NCBI GenBank assembly: GCA_963826785.1
Contig: CAWGYD010000008.1
Coordinates: forward strand, 1 to 64,000
Direction: 5' to 3'
DNA: 64,000 bases
Source: an uncultured delta proteobacterium
Lineage (GTDB): Bacteria > Desulfobacterota > Desulfobacteria > Desulfobacterales > Desulfosalsimonadaceae
This document shows positions 55,001 through 64,000 of the stretch, piece after piece; within the stretch, counting starts at the first letter, position 1, and each line of letters starts with the position of its first letter. The notes beneath the pieces were generated by a model that ran no database searches, was not told where the DNA came from, and saw only the letters and a list, made by a program, of their open reading frames with translations. The translations under genes and the position numbers were made by a program.

Positions 55001-56930
55001 TCACCGCCGGCGTGATCCGGCCCTCCTGAAAATATATGCCGATAAAATCGCCCACGGTGACATTGGGCATCCCGCCCGCAAAATCGCGGTCCCACAATCC
55101 GATCACCATGACGTTATCACCCGGGACAAACCCGAGGGCCGCCAGATCAAAGGAAAACTCGGTCGTCGTTTTTGGAATTTTGGAAAAGTAACGCACCGAA
55201 TTGAAGGGATTATCCAGTATGGCTTCGGGATCGTCCCCGTCCAGTACGGCGATAAATACCGGCGCTTTTTGCTCCGCATAGGTGCCGTCGATGGTAAAAT
55301 GGCCGGAAATGGACAAAGGGATATCCGAAGGATCGGAAACCGTAAAGGTCGGCTCCAGGTCAATTTCGGTCAGGGCGGTGCCGTCATCGATGAAGAGCAG
55401 GGTGGAAAATTCTTTCCCGGCGCTGTAAAACCCGATCCTGTCGCCGCCGTCGATGCGGGCATTTTTGTTGGCATCCAGCAGGACGATGACCTGCACATCC
55501 TTAATGGGAACATCTTTGCCATAGGGGAGAATATCGATTGCGTATGCCGCCGGTTCCGATGTCTTGGAGAGGGCGGTGTACCCGATGACGTCATTTACGT
55601 CGATGGCGGTGAAATCGGATGATTCGATTTCCCCCGCATAAGCCACCACGTAGACATCCCCCTTGCCGCTTCCGTAAATCTGCCCCGATATGGACGCCGT
55701 ATAATCAAACACTTCCCGGGTGATATCAATGGTCAAACCGGAGTTATCGCCTTGATTCAGCGTCACCGCAGGGGAAATCCGGCCTTCTTCAAAATAAATC
55801 CCGATCATGTCGCCGGGGGTGAGATTGGGCAGCCCCCCCGCAAAATCGCGGTCCCACAGACCGATCACCATGATTTCATCGCCGGGAGAAAGGCCGGCCG
55901 CACCCAGGTCAAACGAAAACTGGGTCGAGTTTTTGGCAATCCTTGAAAAGTACCGGATCGATCCGAAGGGATTTTCCAGAACGGCCTCCGGATTCTGCGC
56001 ATCAAACACGGCGATGTAGACCGGCGGCGCCTGATCATCATAGGATCCCGGGAGAGTGAAATTGCCGGACAGCAAGACCGCTGCTTCTGACGGATCGGAA
56101 ACCGTGAAGGAAAAAGAGATGTCAACGGCGGACAGTTCGGTATTGTCCTTAATCGTAAGCAGGGTGGAAGAGAAACCTTCCCGGGCGGAATAAAAACCGA
56201 TCTTGTCCCCGCCGTCGATCACCTGGTTGGCGTTGGCGTCCAGCAGGGCAAACACCTGCACGTTTTGAACCGGCACATTCATGCCGTAGGGGAGGATGTC
56301 GATGGTATACGGCGTCGAAGCGGCTTGTTTGGTGATATTCTGATAACCGATGACGGCATTGACATCCACGGCGGAAAAATCCGATGATGCAATGTCACCG
56401 GCATACGCCACCAGAATCACATCCCCGGTTTCCTCGCCCAGTATATTCCCGGAAACAGAAGCCGTATAGTCAAACACTTCCCGGGTGATATCGATATGAA
56501 ACCGGTCATCGATGCCTTCCTTGAGCAATACTGCCGGCGAGATCTTTCCGGGTTCGAAATAGACGCCGATAAAATCGCCGGGGTCCGGGAAAGGCACATC
56601 ATTGGTATAATTGTGATCCAGAAAGGCGATCAGGAAAATCTCGTCTCCGGGGGACAGGTTCTGACGGGACAGGTCCACCGTAAAGGAATTGTTTTCCCGG
56701 TCGGCCACGACATAAGCGAGGATCGCCTCCTTGGGACGGTTTTCCAGAATATCCCTGTCCAGGGTATTGGCAACGGCCACCAGCACCGGGGCATCGCTGT
56801 CAGCCAGACCCTCGGGAAGGCTGAACGTGCCGGTGAGGACCGGCCCGGTGTCTTTTGAATCGTCACCGCACCCGGCCATGCATGCCAGCAGGATCAAAAA
56901 CATCCAGATATGGAATTTACGGATATGCAT
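52035..56930 (-). CDS. Giant acidic lipoprotein built from ~6 tandem 254-aa two-domain repeats
   Basis: Lipobox MAG-C; REVFDY anchor recurs at 765/762/762/762/774-nt spacing; DxNxNG motifs. Confidence 0.88.
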   Translation of the reverse strand: MHIRKFHIWMFLILLACMAGCGDDSKDTGPVLTGTFSLPEGLADSDAPVLVAVANTLDRDILENRPKEAILAYVVADRENNSFTVDLSRQNLSPGDEIFLIAFLDHNYTNDVPFPDPGDFIGVYFEPGKISPAVLLKEGIDDRFHIDITREVFDYTASVSGNILGEETGDVILVAYAGDIASSDFSAVDVNAVIGYQNITKQAASTPYTIDILPYGMNVPVQNVQVFALLDANANQVIDGGDKIGFYSAREGFSSTLLTIKDNTELSAVDISFSFTVSDPSEAAVLLSGNFTLPGSYDDQAPPVYIAVFDAQNPEAVLENPFGSIRYFSRIAKNSTQFSFDLGAAGLSPGDEIMVIGLWDRDFAGGLPNLTPGDMIGIYFEEGRISPAVTLNQGDNSGLTIDITREVFDYTASISGQIYGSGKGDVYVVAYAGEIESSDFTAIDVNDVIGYTALSKTSEPAAYAIDILPYGKDVPIKDVQVIVLLDANKNARIDGGDRIGFYSAGKEFSTLLFIDDGTALTEIDLEPTFTVSDPSDIPLSISGHFTIDGTYAEQKAPVFIAVLDGDDPEAILDNPFNSVRYFSKIPKTTTEFSFDLAALGFVPGDNVMVIGLWDRDFAGGMPNVTVGDFIGIYFQEGRITPAVTLTSGDNSGFVIDVSREVFDYNATISGQIQGEDKGDVYAVAYAGDIESSDFSAIDVNAVIGYTAISKAPGPADYTIDILPYGKDVPIEKVQVIALLDANKNGRVDGGDKIGFYDRGGEFSSLVRIDDGTALTGIDIAFSFTLSEPSDIPLSISGYFTIPGDYAQQQAPVYIAVLDGNDPETILDDPFSAIRYFARIPKTTTGFSFDLAGAGIVPGDQVMVIGLWDRDFAGGLPNLTAGDFIGIYFQEGRITPAVTLTSGDNSGFAIDISRQVYDYQAAISGKIMGQDKGDVYVVAYAGDIESSDFSAIDINAVMGYTAVSKSPGPANYTIDILPYGKDVPLEKVQVIALLDANKNGRADGGDKIGFYDRGGEFSSLVYLDDGTSLTNIDIAFTFTISEPSDIPLSITGHFSIPGDYSQQQAPVYIAVLDGSDPAAVMEDPFSAIRYFAKMPRSTTEFCFDLAAAGIAPGDQVMVIGLWDRDFAGGLPNLTRGDFVGIYFNEGTISPALTLTSGENYGFAIDISREVFDYHASVSGNIRGGEAGDVYVVAYAGEITSSDFSAIDVNSVIGYTSMAKAPGPAPYTIDIIPYGKNVPMDNVQLIALLDANQNGRIDAGDKIGFYDRGGEFSSLVYIDDGTSLTGIDISFTFVIPKPSGYDISIAGTFSMFSEYYSDDYPMYIFVFDSDNPADILEDPYSALKYFYKMPAMDVYFDIDLSNTDLKPGDQVMIAALWDRDSSGGFPVPTRGDKLGLMVNKRTYQFTVELSCGKNIVPPEDYEFKVNKLLYDFDASISYALDLSHTGSFNMERAQLIVLAIHVDGISIGISAAGKIEFNIDMDYILGADILSPTAYDYIGIGEKPCTLCTRKLPILTALYEQIVVYENNRPPQPLIKGVDAGGLLERTAYLVAILDKNGDGQLGSGDEIGYYSKDIIDFPCGDKVIKIPWLGDLLYPDWFCGKIKFPSPIQRITKGVNAPEDGPYWIGNFIELF

Positions 56931-58588
56931 ACCGCAGGTTCACCATCACGAAATCATTGTCCCGGAAATAGTAGAAAATGGAATCTTCCTCAAAATCGTC
57001 TTCTCCGCTGGCATTTATGCCGATGTAGGCCAGTTCCAGCTTGAAGCCGTTTTTAAAATCGTATTCGGCCCGGGGCCAGAAGATCATCCCTCCCCTTGCC
57101 GTCTCGAAGATGCCGGTGAGCGACAGATGAACCCGCTTGTCGAAATAATCATCCTGAAACCGGACGGTGGCAAAATCGGTGATCTGGGGCGGGTTGATGT
57201 CGTCATCAAGATACATGGCATCATACCACTCCACGGTGAAAAGGGTGTCGCCGGTGTGCCCGGGAATCCATTGATGCAGGGGCATGAAATAGTTGAATCC
57301 CACGGAATAGGATACAAATCCGGATTCCTTTGTATCGAATGGAAATTCCAGGAACTGGGGAAGGTCCGTATTCTGCCTGACAAACCCGGTCTTGTCGGGC
57401 GAATAGGCGGTTTCCGCCTGGAACACGAAATCATCGTAGTCCATGGAAAAATCCGCCCCCACAAAATCGGCCACGAAATACTCTGGGTTTACCAGCAGGG
57501 CAACCGGCTGATTGGGGATCAGCACCGTCTGGTAGGGGACCAGCACCGGATTGTTGTCCGGGCCGTGGTAGGCGGAAAAAGAGATGTCGATTCCCTGGAA
57601 GGTGGTGGAAACCCGTCCGGCATATCCGAAATTTCGTGCATCCGCATCCAGGGGTTCGGAATCGTCAAAGATGACCGGATACGACCCTTCCACGAATTTT
57701 ACCGACCAGTAATGGTTCGTGGCCGGCAGGGCCGCTGCGATATGAAGCGGGACGAATACGAGTTCGACGGTATAGTCATCGGAAAAAATCATTCCGGAAA
57801 CAGCCGGGACGCCCAGACGGACTTCGTCCTGGTCTTTAAACAGCAGTTCCCGCAGGTCCATCGGGTTGAGATATGATGTGGAATTTAGAAAATCGGCCGT
57901 GCCCCAGCCGAAGATCTGATTGCCGATGCGGATCCGGTAGTTTCCGGAAAGCCAGCTGTAATAGAGCTCCCGGGCCATCAGTTCGCTCGACTCGGTTGAC
58001 ACCCGAAGGTTGCGATAAAACTCGGTTTCTTCGGAATACGGGTAGTCCGCTCCAATATCCTCATTTATGAAGGTGGGGTAAAAATAGGCATCCATCACGG
58101 AAAAAAGGTAGCTCCGGGTGGTGCCATATTTGATTTCCAGGCCGGCGCTGATTTCGCTCTTCTGGTCCGCATCGACGAAATCCTGCTCCCGGTTGGTATT
58201 GATATAATTTTCGAATGCGGCATCCAGGCGCCATGTAAAGGCCGGGGTGTCACCCCCGAGATTTAATTCTTCCTCCAGGTCTGCATCCCAGTCCTCTTCG
58301 AATCCGCCCTCCCCTTCCGCGCCCCCCTCGGTGGACGAATCCTCTTCATCCAAATCCGATTCATCTTCCTCGAAGCCCGATTCATCTTCTGCGGAAGACA
58401 CTTCCTTCAACGTCTTCATCTTCTATGACGGAGTTTTCATCAGAAGATTCCGAAAAGACAATGACTTTCGAAGGGCCGACGGCAAACGCATGGGGCACCT
58501 GCATCTGATAAAAGCGGGGTCCCCACAGAAACAGGGCCAAAAAAACAAGGAGCTTTGCTCCCATGGCGTGTGGCAGGAAAATCCTCAT
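56917..58588 (-). CDS. Outer-membrane beta-barrel protein (DUF1302-like) with an acidic N-terminal linker; frameshift near 58420
   Basis: RELY...RIGNQIFGWGTAD...LNPMD motif; ends in the aromatic beta-strand NLRYAY; signal peptide in ORF 58382..58630. Confidence 0.7.
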
Positions 58589-58699
58589 CCGTCGCGCAAC
58601 TTGAATACAAAGCCCCTTTGAATTCTGCAAAAGCCGTTATTCCCGTGTTCGGTGTATCCCCTGTCTTTTGCGCCCCGGAGGGGACAGACAAGGGCTTTT

Positions 58700-59440
58700 C
58701 TATCTTAAGGCTTCCTTGTTGAATTTTGCGCTGTCAATCTCTGTGTTGTACTTCAATCCTTTCAGGATCAGTTCGGTATTGCCGGCCCCGTTGGCCAACT
58801 CCATTTTTACCTTATGCGGGGTTAAAATGCCATCAATTTCTTTGATATCATAGTTTTCCAAAAACTTATGAAACTGGCCGTCCTTGTAAAAATCGACCCG
58901 CACCACGAAATAATCAGGTTTGCGGACATAGAAGATGACCTTGTCATAAATTCTGTCGGCGGTCTTCTTCACCCCTTCCACCTTGTAACAGTCCGCGTCA
59001 ACGGCTTTTTCCTCCCCCAGCAGTTTATAGTCATAATCGTCGATATCCACCGAAGTCAGATCCTCGTAGTAGAAATGGGAATTGACAAATGGCTTGTCCC
59101 TGCCGGAGGATACGATCCGTTTGACCTTGCCCGAAGAGAGCATCAGCCACTGATCATCATCCGCGTTCTTGTGGGAGTGGGTCAGCAGTTTGATTTTGGT
59201 GGGGCGGATGAAGGAAATCAGCGCCTTGTCCTCGTCATTGTCAAACTGCTTCATCTGAACGATAAATTCCTTTTCCTCAGCGTTGCCGCCCTTGTGGATG
59301 ACCATCATGATCTTGGAAATCGCCGTCTGGGGTTCGGGCAGTGCATCGCTTTTCTCCATGATCTCCCGCCCGTTCATGGCAAGGGCCACATGCGCCGCCA
59401 GCATCATGGCCAACGTGATTCCCGCAATTCGCAATTTCAT
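58700..59440 (-). CDS. Outer-membrane lipoprotein-sorting (LolA-like) protein
   Basis: Signal peptide; DDDQWL.L...VKRI.....KPFVNSHFYYEDL; RVDFYKDG. Confidence 0.82.
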   Translation of the reverse strand: MKLRIAGITLAMMLAAHVALAMNGREIMEKSDALPEPQTAISKIMMVIHKGGNAEEKEFIVQMKQFDNDEDKALISFIRPTKIKLLTHSHKNADDDQWLMLSSGKVKRIVSSGRDKPFVNSHFYYEDLTSVDIDDYDYKLLGEEKAVDADCYKVEGVKKTADRIYDKVIFYVRKPDYFVVRVDFYKDGQFHKFLENYDIKEIDGILTPHKVKMELANGAGNTELILKGLKYNTEIDSAKFNKEALR

Positions 59441-59496
59441 AAAGAAACCTCCTTTTTATAAGATGCGCGTGAAAATGATGATCGCTGCATCCGGTA

Positions 59497-62143
59497 TTAT
59501 TGAGGGGAACAGGCCGCTGGGATGCCGGTTTCGGGCACACAGACCGCGGCCGCTTTAACGAGTTTGACGCCGGTCAACTTAATGGCGGCCGGCAGGACCA
59601 GCAACGCGCCGATGGTGGTGGCCACCATGGTGATGGTCATGAGCAGACCGAACAGGATCAGGGGCTTGAACGTGGAAAATTCCATGACCGAAAAACCGAA
59701 TATCAGCGCCAGGGAAGTAAAGAGGATGGCCTTGCCGGCGACCTTGAGGGTATGGGCAATGGCCGTGTCCACATCTTCCCCCTGCATGCGAAACCACCTG
59801 AAGGTATTTAAAAAATGAATCGTGTCGTCCACGCCGATGCCGATGGTGATGGCCGCGATGATGGAAGTGGCGATATCCAGGCGAATACCGAACCATCCCA
59901 TGATACCGAAATTCAGCATCACGGCGACCGTCATGGGAATCAGCGAAAGCAGCGCTGAACGGATATCCCTCATCAGGATCAGCACCACCAGTCCGATCAC
60001 CACCAGCGTCAGCAGCAGGCTCTGAATCTGGCCATTCACGATATAGTCGACGCTTTTGATGACCATTGCGGGATGACCGGTGATTTTAAAATTATATCCT
60101 TCGGGGAGATTCTTCTCAAGATAGGAATTGATGGTCGTAAAGATTTCCTTAATGGCCCCGGTTCCCTAGAAGCTCCCCCTTGTTCTGTCCCAGACGGGTC
60201 AGGATGTTGCAGGTTCGAAACTGGGTGTCCACATAGGGCTCGAACCGGTCCACCCGGCCGTCGGAATCGAGGTCATCGTCGGAATAAATTTCGAGATAGT
60301 CCATCACCTCCGCATCCGTATCCGGTATTTTAAAATACTTTAAACGGTCATTGTTCATGGCCATATGCATGGTCTTGATGAAATCCGGGAACGCATCGGT
60401 CCGGCCGATGCACAGATTATTGTCGCATGTCTCCAGCCAGCACCGGATATCGGAAATCGTCCTTAAGAAATCGGCGGATTTGATGCCGTCCTTTCGGCCG
60501 GAATCCACCAGGATATCAAACCCCCATCGCCCGCCGAACTTGTCGCTGATAACTTCCGCGCTGGTGCGGATGGGATTGTCCTTTTTAAAATAATGCAGCA
60601 GTTCCGTCTCCACTTTAAGCTGCATCAACCCGGCCACCGACAGCCCCATTACCAACAATACCCCCACTACGACGGCTTTATAGTGATAAAGCGCCCCGCG
60701 GGTGAGCCACTCGATGGCCCGGTCGATCACGGGAGACTTCACCCCGGAGAGTTTGGTGTTTTTCTTCTTGCCCGAACTGTACGGCAGCAGTTCCAGCCCT
60801 GCCGGGATGAAGGATGCGGATATCAGCACCGCGAACACGACGCCCAGTGCCGAACAGATTCCCCATTCCCGGATTGCGGACAGCTGGTGCGTGCCCAGGG
60901 TCAGAAAGGCCACGAAAGTGGTCAATCCGGTGAGAAAGACCGTTGTGGAAATATGGGCCATGGAATGGGCAAGACCGGTGGCCGGGCCTTCCTCGACGAT
61001 CAGGTGATAATCGGCATAATACTGATTCATGATGTGGATGGCATAAGAGCTTCCCACCGCGATCATGAGCACGGGGATGGAGACGCCCACGGTGGTGATC
61101 TTGATGCCCAGGTATCCCATGAGTCCCAGAATCCATATCATGGCCATCAACAGGGTGGTAAAGGGCAGCAATACCCCCCTCAGGGTCCTGAAATTCAGGT
61201 AGAAAACAACGATCACCACCAGCATCACCAGCGGGATCAGTGCCGAGAGATCCCGCTGCATGTAGTTGTTGAGCCAGATGTAGATGATGGGCTCTCCCTG
61301 GGGAATGATGGTCAGCGATGACTTGTAGCTGTTTACGATGGACAGGATTTCCCGGGATATGGGATCGGAATTCGAAACATCGGCGAACCGGATGATGAAG
61401 GCGAAATCGGAAATTTCGCCCTGGGCATCGGTGGCATAGATCCCTTTTTCAAACACGGGGTTTCGCTTGAGACGTTCGGCAAACAACTGAAAATCGCCGG
61501 AGGTCTCCGGCAGCACGCGGCGTCCCGCCGGATCGGTTTCGATCAGTTGGACGGTGGTGAGCATATCATCCTCACCGGAGATGTCCTTAATGGTAAACGG
61601 GGATATGATTTCTTCGATCATTTCCCGGGACTTGAGTTCATCTGCGGCGATCAGCGCCTTTTCCAGCCGGGACCTTTTCCAGGTGCTCAACACCCCTTCC
61701 CCGGCCCCCGCCTGATCCATTTTCCGCGTCAGCAGCCGCTGGTAAGACGGATCTGATTCGAATGCGGCCAGCAGGGATTCACGGCTTGCTTCCGGATCGG
61801 CCAGAATTTTGAGCGCCTTTGTTGTTCGCGCTTTTTCCAGGTCGGCATGGTAATCCTGAAAGGCTTCCAGATCGGTCAGCAGGTTATCCACCTGCTTGAA
61901 CGTGGCCGGCTGAAACAGATTTTCATGGGTGATGTCCAGGATGACGAAAGCGCTGTTGTCCCCGTAAATCTCTTTGATTTTGTTGTAGTACAGGTATTCC
62001 GGATCCGACTGGGGAAGAAACGTGGCCACCGAGGTGTCAAACTGCAGCTTGAATATGCCCAGCCCGAGAATGATGGTAATGATCACACAGGCGGCCAGCA
62101 CCGACTTTGGCCATTTCAGCACGAATTCGATATAGCGTTTCAT
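59497..62143 (-). CDS. MMPL/RND-family transporter (frameshift near 60165)
   Basis: Two TM bundles: IAVGSSYAIH...TTFVAF and IGIGVDDTIHF...ILFTS..L.FGF. Confidence 0.88.
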
Positions 62144-62295
62144 TGGTTTCTGTTGCTCCCCCCTCATGCATGACTATTCAACTGGAATGCGGCCGGATGT
62201 AACCAAAAGATAGGCCCCATCAATCATGAAAGTCAAATGGATGCGATCCCCTTACAATCTGAATTACCAAATAAATCAATATGAAAGCAATGCAT

Positions 62296-62329
62296 GCCTC
62301 CACTGACTGACTCATCAGTCAGTGGAGGC
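62296..62329. promoter_or_regulatory. Perfect 15-bp inverted repeat, candidate operator
   Basis: GCCTCCACTGACTGA-CTCA-TCAGTCAGTGGAGGC about 150 bp upstream of the MMPL gene. Confidence 0.5.
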
Positions 62330-63011
62330 TTCAATATGGCACGCCTTTTGTCGGAATTGCAAGAGAAAAAACGAAGAGAAATATCTTCTGGTGATTTATA
62401 AGGGAGGGGGATCTTGCCAAAATCAGACGAAAAGAGGGAAGGACATCTGAGATTTACTCAAATGAAGAGAGATGAGATTCATTTCTGAGGCCGCCATTCA
62501 CAAGGATTAAGAGCAGATGGCAGGCCTTGATGAATAAAGGGGTCCTGTGTGCAGTCTATCGGTACATTGAAGGGTATCGATTTTTGTAAGAATGTATAAT
62601 TTTGTGCATCGATCTGTACGATATAAAGCATCATCATTTTATATACATTGGGGATCAGCTTCTAATTGTTTTATTTAATTGTTCAATTTCGGTTTTTCGG
62701 TGAAAACTCAAATGAAGTTCTTCCCCAAATCATTAAAGGATGCAAAGCTTTAAATTTTGCCAGGCCCGATAAAGGGAAAATTTTTTGCATTCGCTGGCTC
62801 CGAATCATTGGTTATCATATCCTCATTATTTTAGAATACTTAATAATATGACAATGCAAATATCCCGATTTAATTTTGACGATTATGAATGATTGGAACA
62901 TGGATTGCATTCCACAGTAGAAATTGCGGCACTCATGACAAGAATTAAACGATCGGATGGGATATTAATTAGATTGAACGCTTGTATATGTAAGTAAATC
63001 AAAAACCGCTT

Positions 63012-63095
63012 GATAAAGGCAAATCACCTGAAATGGTGATGCGCAAAGGAACCGGCCTAAGTCCCTGAAAGGGATATGGCGGCGGACCTGCCTGG
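63012..63095 (+). ncRNA. c-di-GMP-I (GEMM) riboswitch
   Basis: AAGGCAAA-TCACC-TGAAAT-GGTGA-TGCGCAAAG...CCGGCCTAA-GTCCC-TGAAA-GGGAT-ATGGCGGCGG...TGCC: GAAA loop plus CCTAA/ATGG receptor, matching the class-I layout. Confidence 0.88.
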
Positions 63096-63160
63096 CGGAT
63101 TCAGCACCTCCTAAGGTGTTGTTTCCTGCACGGCTGGAATAAACACATTAGGAGGTATAA

Positions 63161-64000
63161 ATGAAATCACCGAATCGAAAGTCTTCATCATTAATTATTG
63201 TATCATTCCTGCTGATAACGATCTTCCCATCATTGGTATACTCCGCTCAAGTCACCTTGAGCTGGGCCAGGCCGAATGACAGCCGGGTGGTCGGGTACAA
63301 AGTGTACTGCGGCAAATCAGGCACCAACTTCAAAACCACTCCCGTCCAGACAATTAACTCGACAACTCAAACCAATTGCCTGATCACCGGACTTGAAGAA
63401 GGGCAAACATATGCGTTTGCCGCAACCAGTTTTGATTCATCCGGGAATCAAAGCGTCTTCTCCGAAACGGTCAATTACACAACGGCAAGATCAATATCTC
63501 CAAATGATATAGATGATGACGGAGATGGCTATACCGAAAATGAGGGGGATTGCAATGACAATGATCGGAGAATATACCCCGGCGCAATTGAAATCTGCGG
63601 CGACGGCATCGATCAGGACTGCAGCGGAAGTGATCTGACATGCCCGGAAGACCTCGATAAAGACGGTGACGGATATACCGAGAATCAAGGCGACTGCAAC
63701 GACAATGATCCTTCGATCCACTCCGGGGCCATTGAAATTTGCGGCGACGGCATCGACCAGGATTGCAATGGCAGCGATTTAGAATGCAGTTCAGGCAACG
63801 AAAATACAGTGGTGTTCGGCGATACATCGGATGCAGACTATCCCGGCACCGTTCAGGATACCTTCATCGACATCAGTTCCACTGTCAAATTCGCATCGAC
63901 CCAACTGTGTACTTACACATGGCCGGAGAACATGCCGGCAAATGCGATCTTGATTAAATTAGGGTTGGCACAGATCCCGGCCCAAGCCCAGATTCAGAGT
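63161..64000 (+). CDS. Secreted protein: signal peptide, fibronectin type III domain, two MopE-like metal-binding repeats, start of a DNRLRE-like domain (runs off the window)
   Basis: Manual translation: VTLSW...VGYKVY...[28 protein letters not shown]...GDCND....[16 protein letters not shown] x2; SD GGAGG at 63151; absent from the ORF track because it is truncated. Confidence 0.85.
   Translation, partial: MKSPNRKSSSLIIVSFLLITIFPSLVYSAQVTLSWARPNDSRVVGYKVYCGKSGTNFKTTPVQTINSTTQTNCLITGLEEGQTYAFAATSFDSSGNQSVFSETVNYTTARSISPNDIDDDGDGYTENEGDCNDNDRRIYPGAIEICGDGIDQDCSGSDLTCPEDLDKDGDGYTENQGDCNDNDPSIHSGAIEICGDGIDQDCNGSDLECSSGNENTVVFGDTSDADYPGTVQDTFIDISSTVKFASTQLCTYTWPENMPANAILIKLGLAQIPAQAQIQS

Noticed and set aside
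1..64000. tRNA or rRNA genes
   Set aside because: No cloverleaf or rRNA-like segment was recognised by eye; tRNAscan-SE or barrnap would be needed to exclude them formally.

Overview
Chromosomal window from a selenocysteine-using, probably sulfate-reducing Desulfobacterota (Desulfobacterales-like) bacterium, inferred from dsrC, hdrA-flx, ahbA and gene order. Housekeeping genes include topA, dprA, secDF-yajC, an rne/rng gene, leuS-lptE, rpsT, murJ, ftsB, miaA and htpX. Many are broken by single-base indels, most likely long-read errors. Energy genes: an hdrA-flxDCBA-like cluster with two in-frame UGA (Sec) codons, each followed by a SECIS-like hairpin, then dsrC. Two lipid-related loci stand out. 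One is an acyl-ACP-reductase-like fusion, a ferredoxin, an Fe-ADH::SCP2 fusion, glpK and a lipase-like gene. The other is a ~15 kb operon encoding an MMPL transporter, a LolA-like protein, an outer-membrane barrel, a giant 254-aa-repeat lipoprotein, a TatT-TRAP transporter and TetR. Intergenic DNA holds nested selfish repeats: a CCCCCCT-NN-AGGGGGG hairpin family, 132-bp MITEs with 6-bp target duplications that carry REP doublets, and three copies of a TIR-REP-GIY-YIG-REP-TIR element, two of which clearly sit inside the hairpin repeat. A c-di-GMP-I riboswitch precedes a secreted FN3/MopE-repeat protein at the right edge. All calls come from reading the sequence; no database searches were run.
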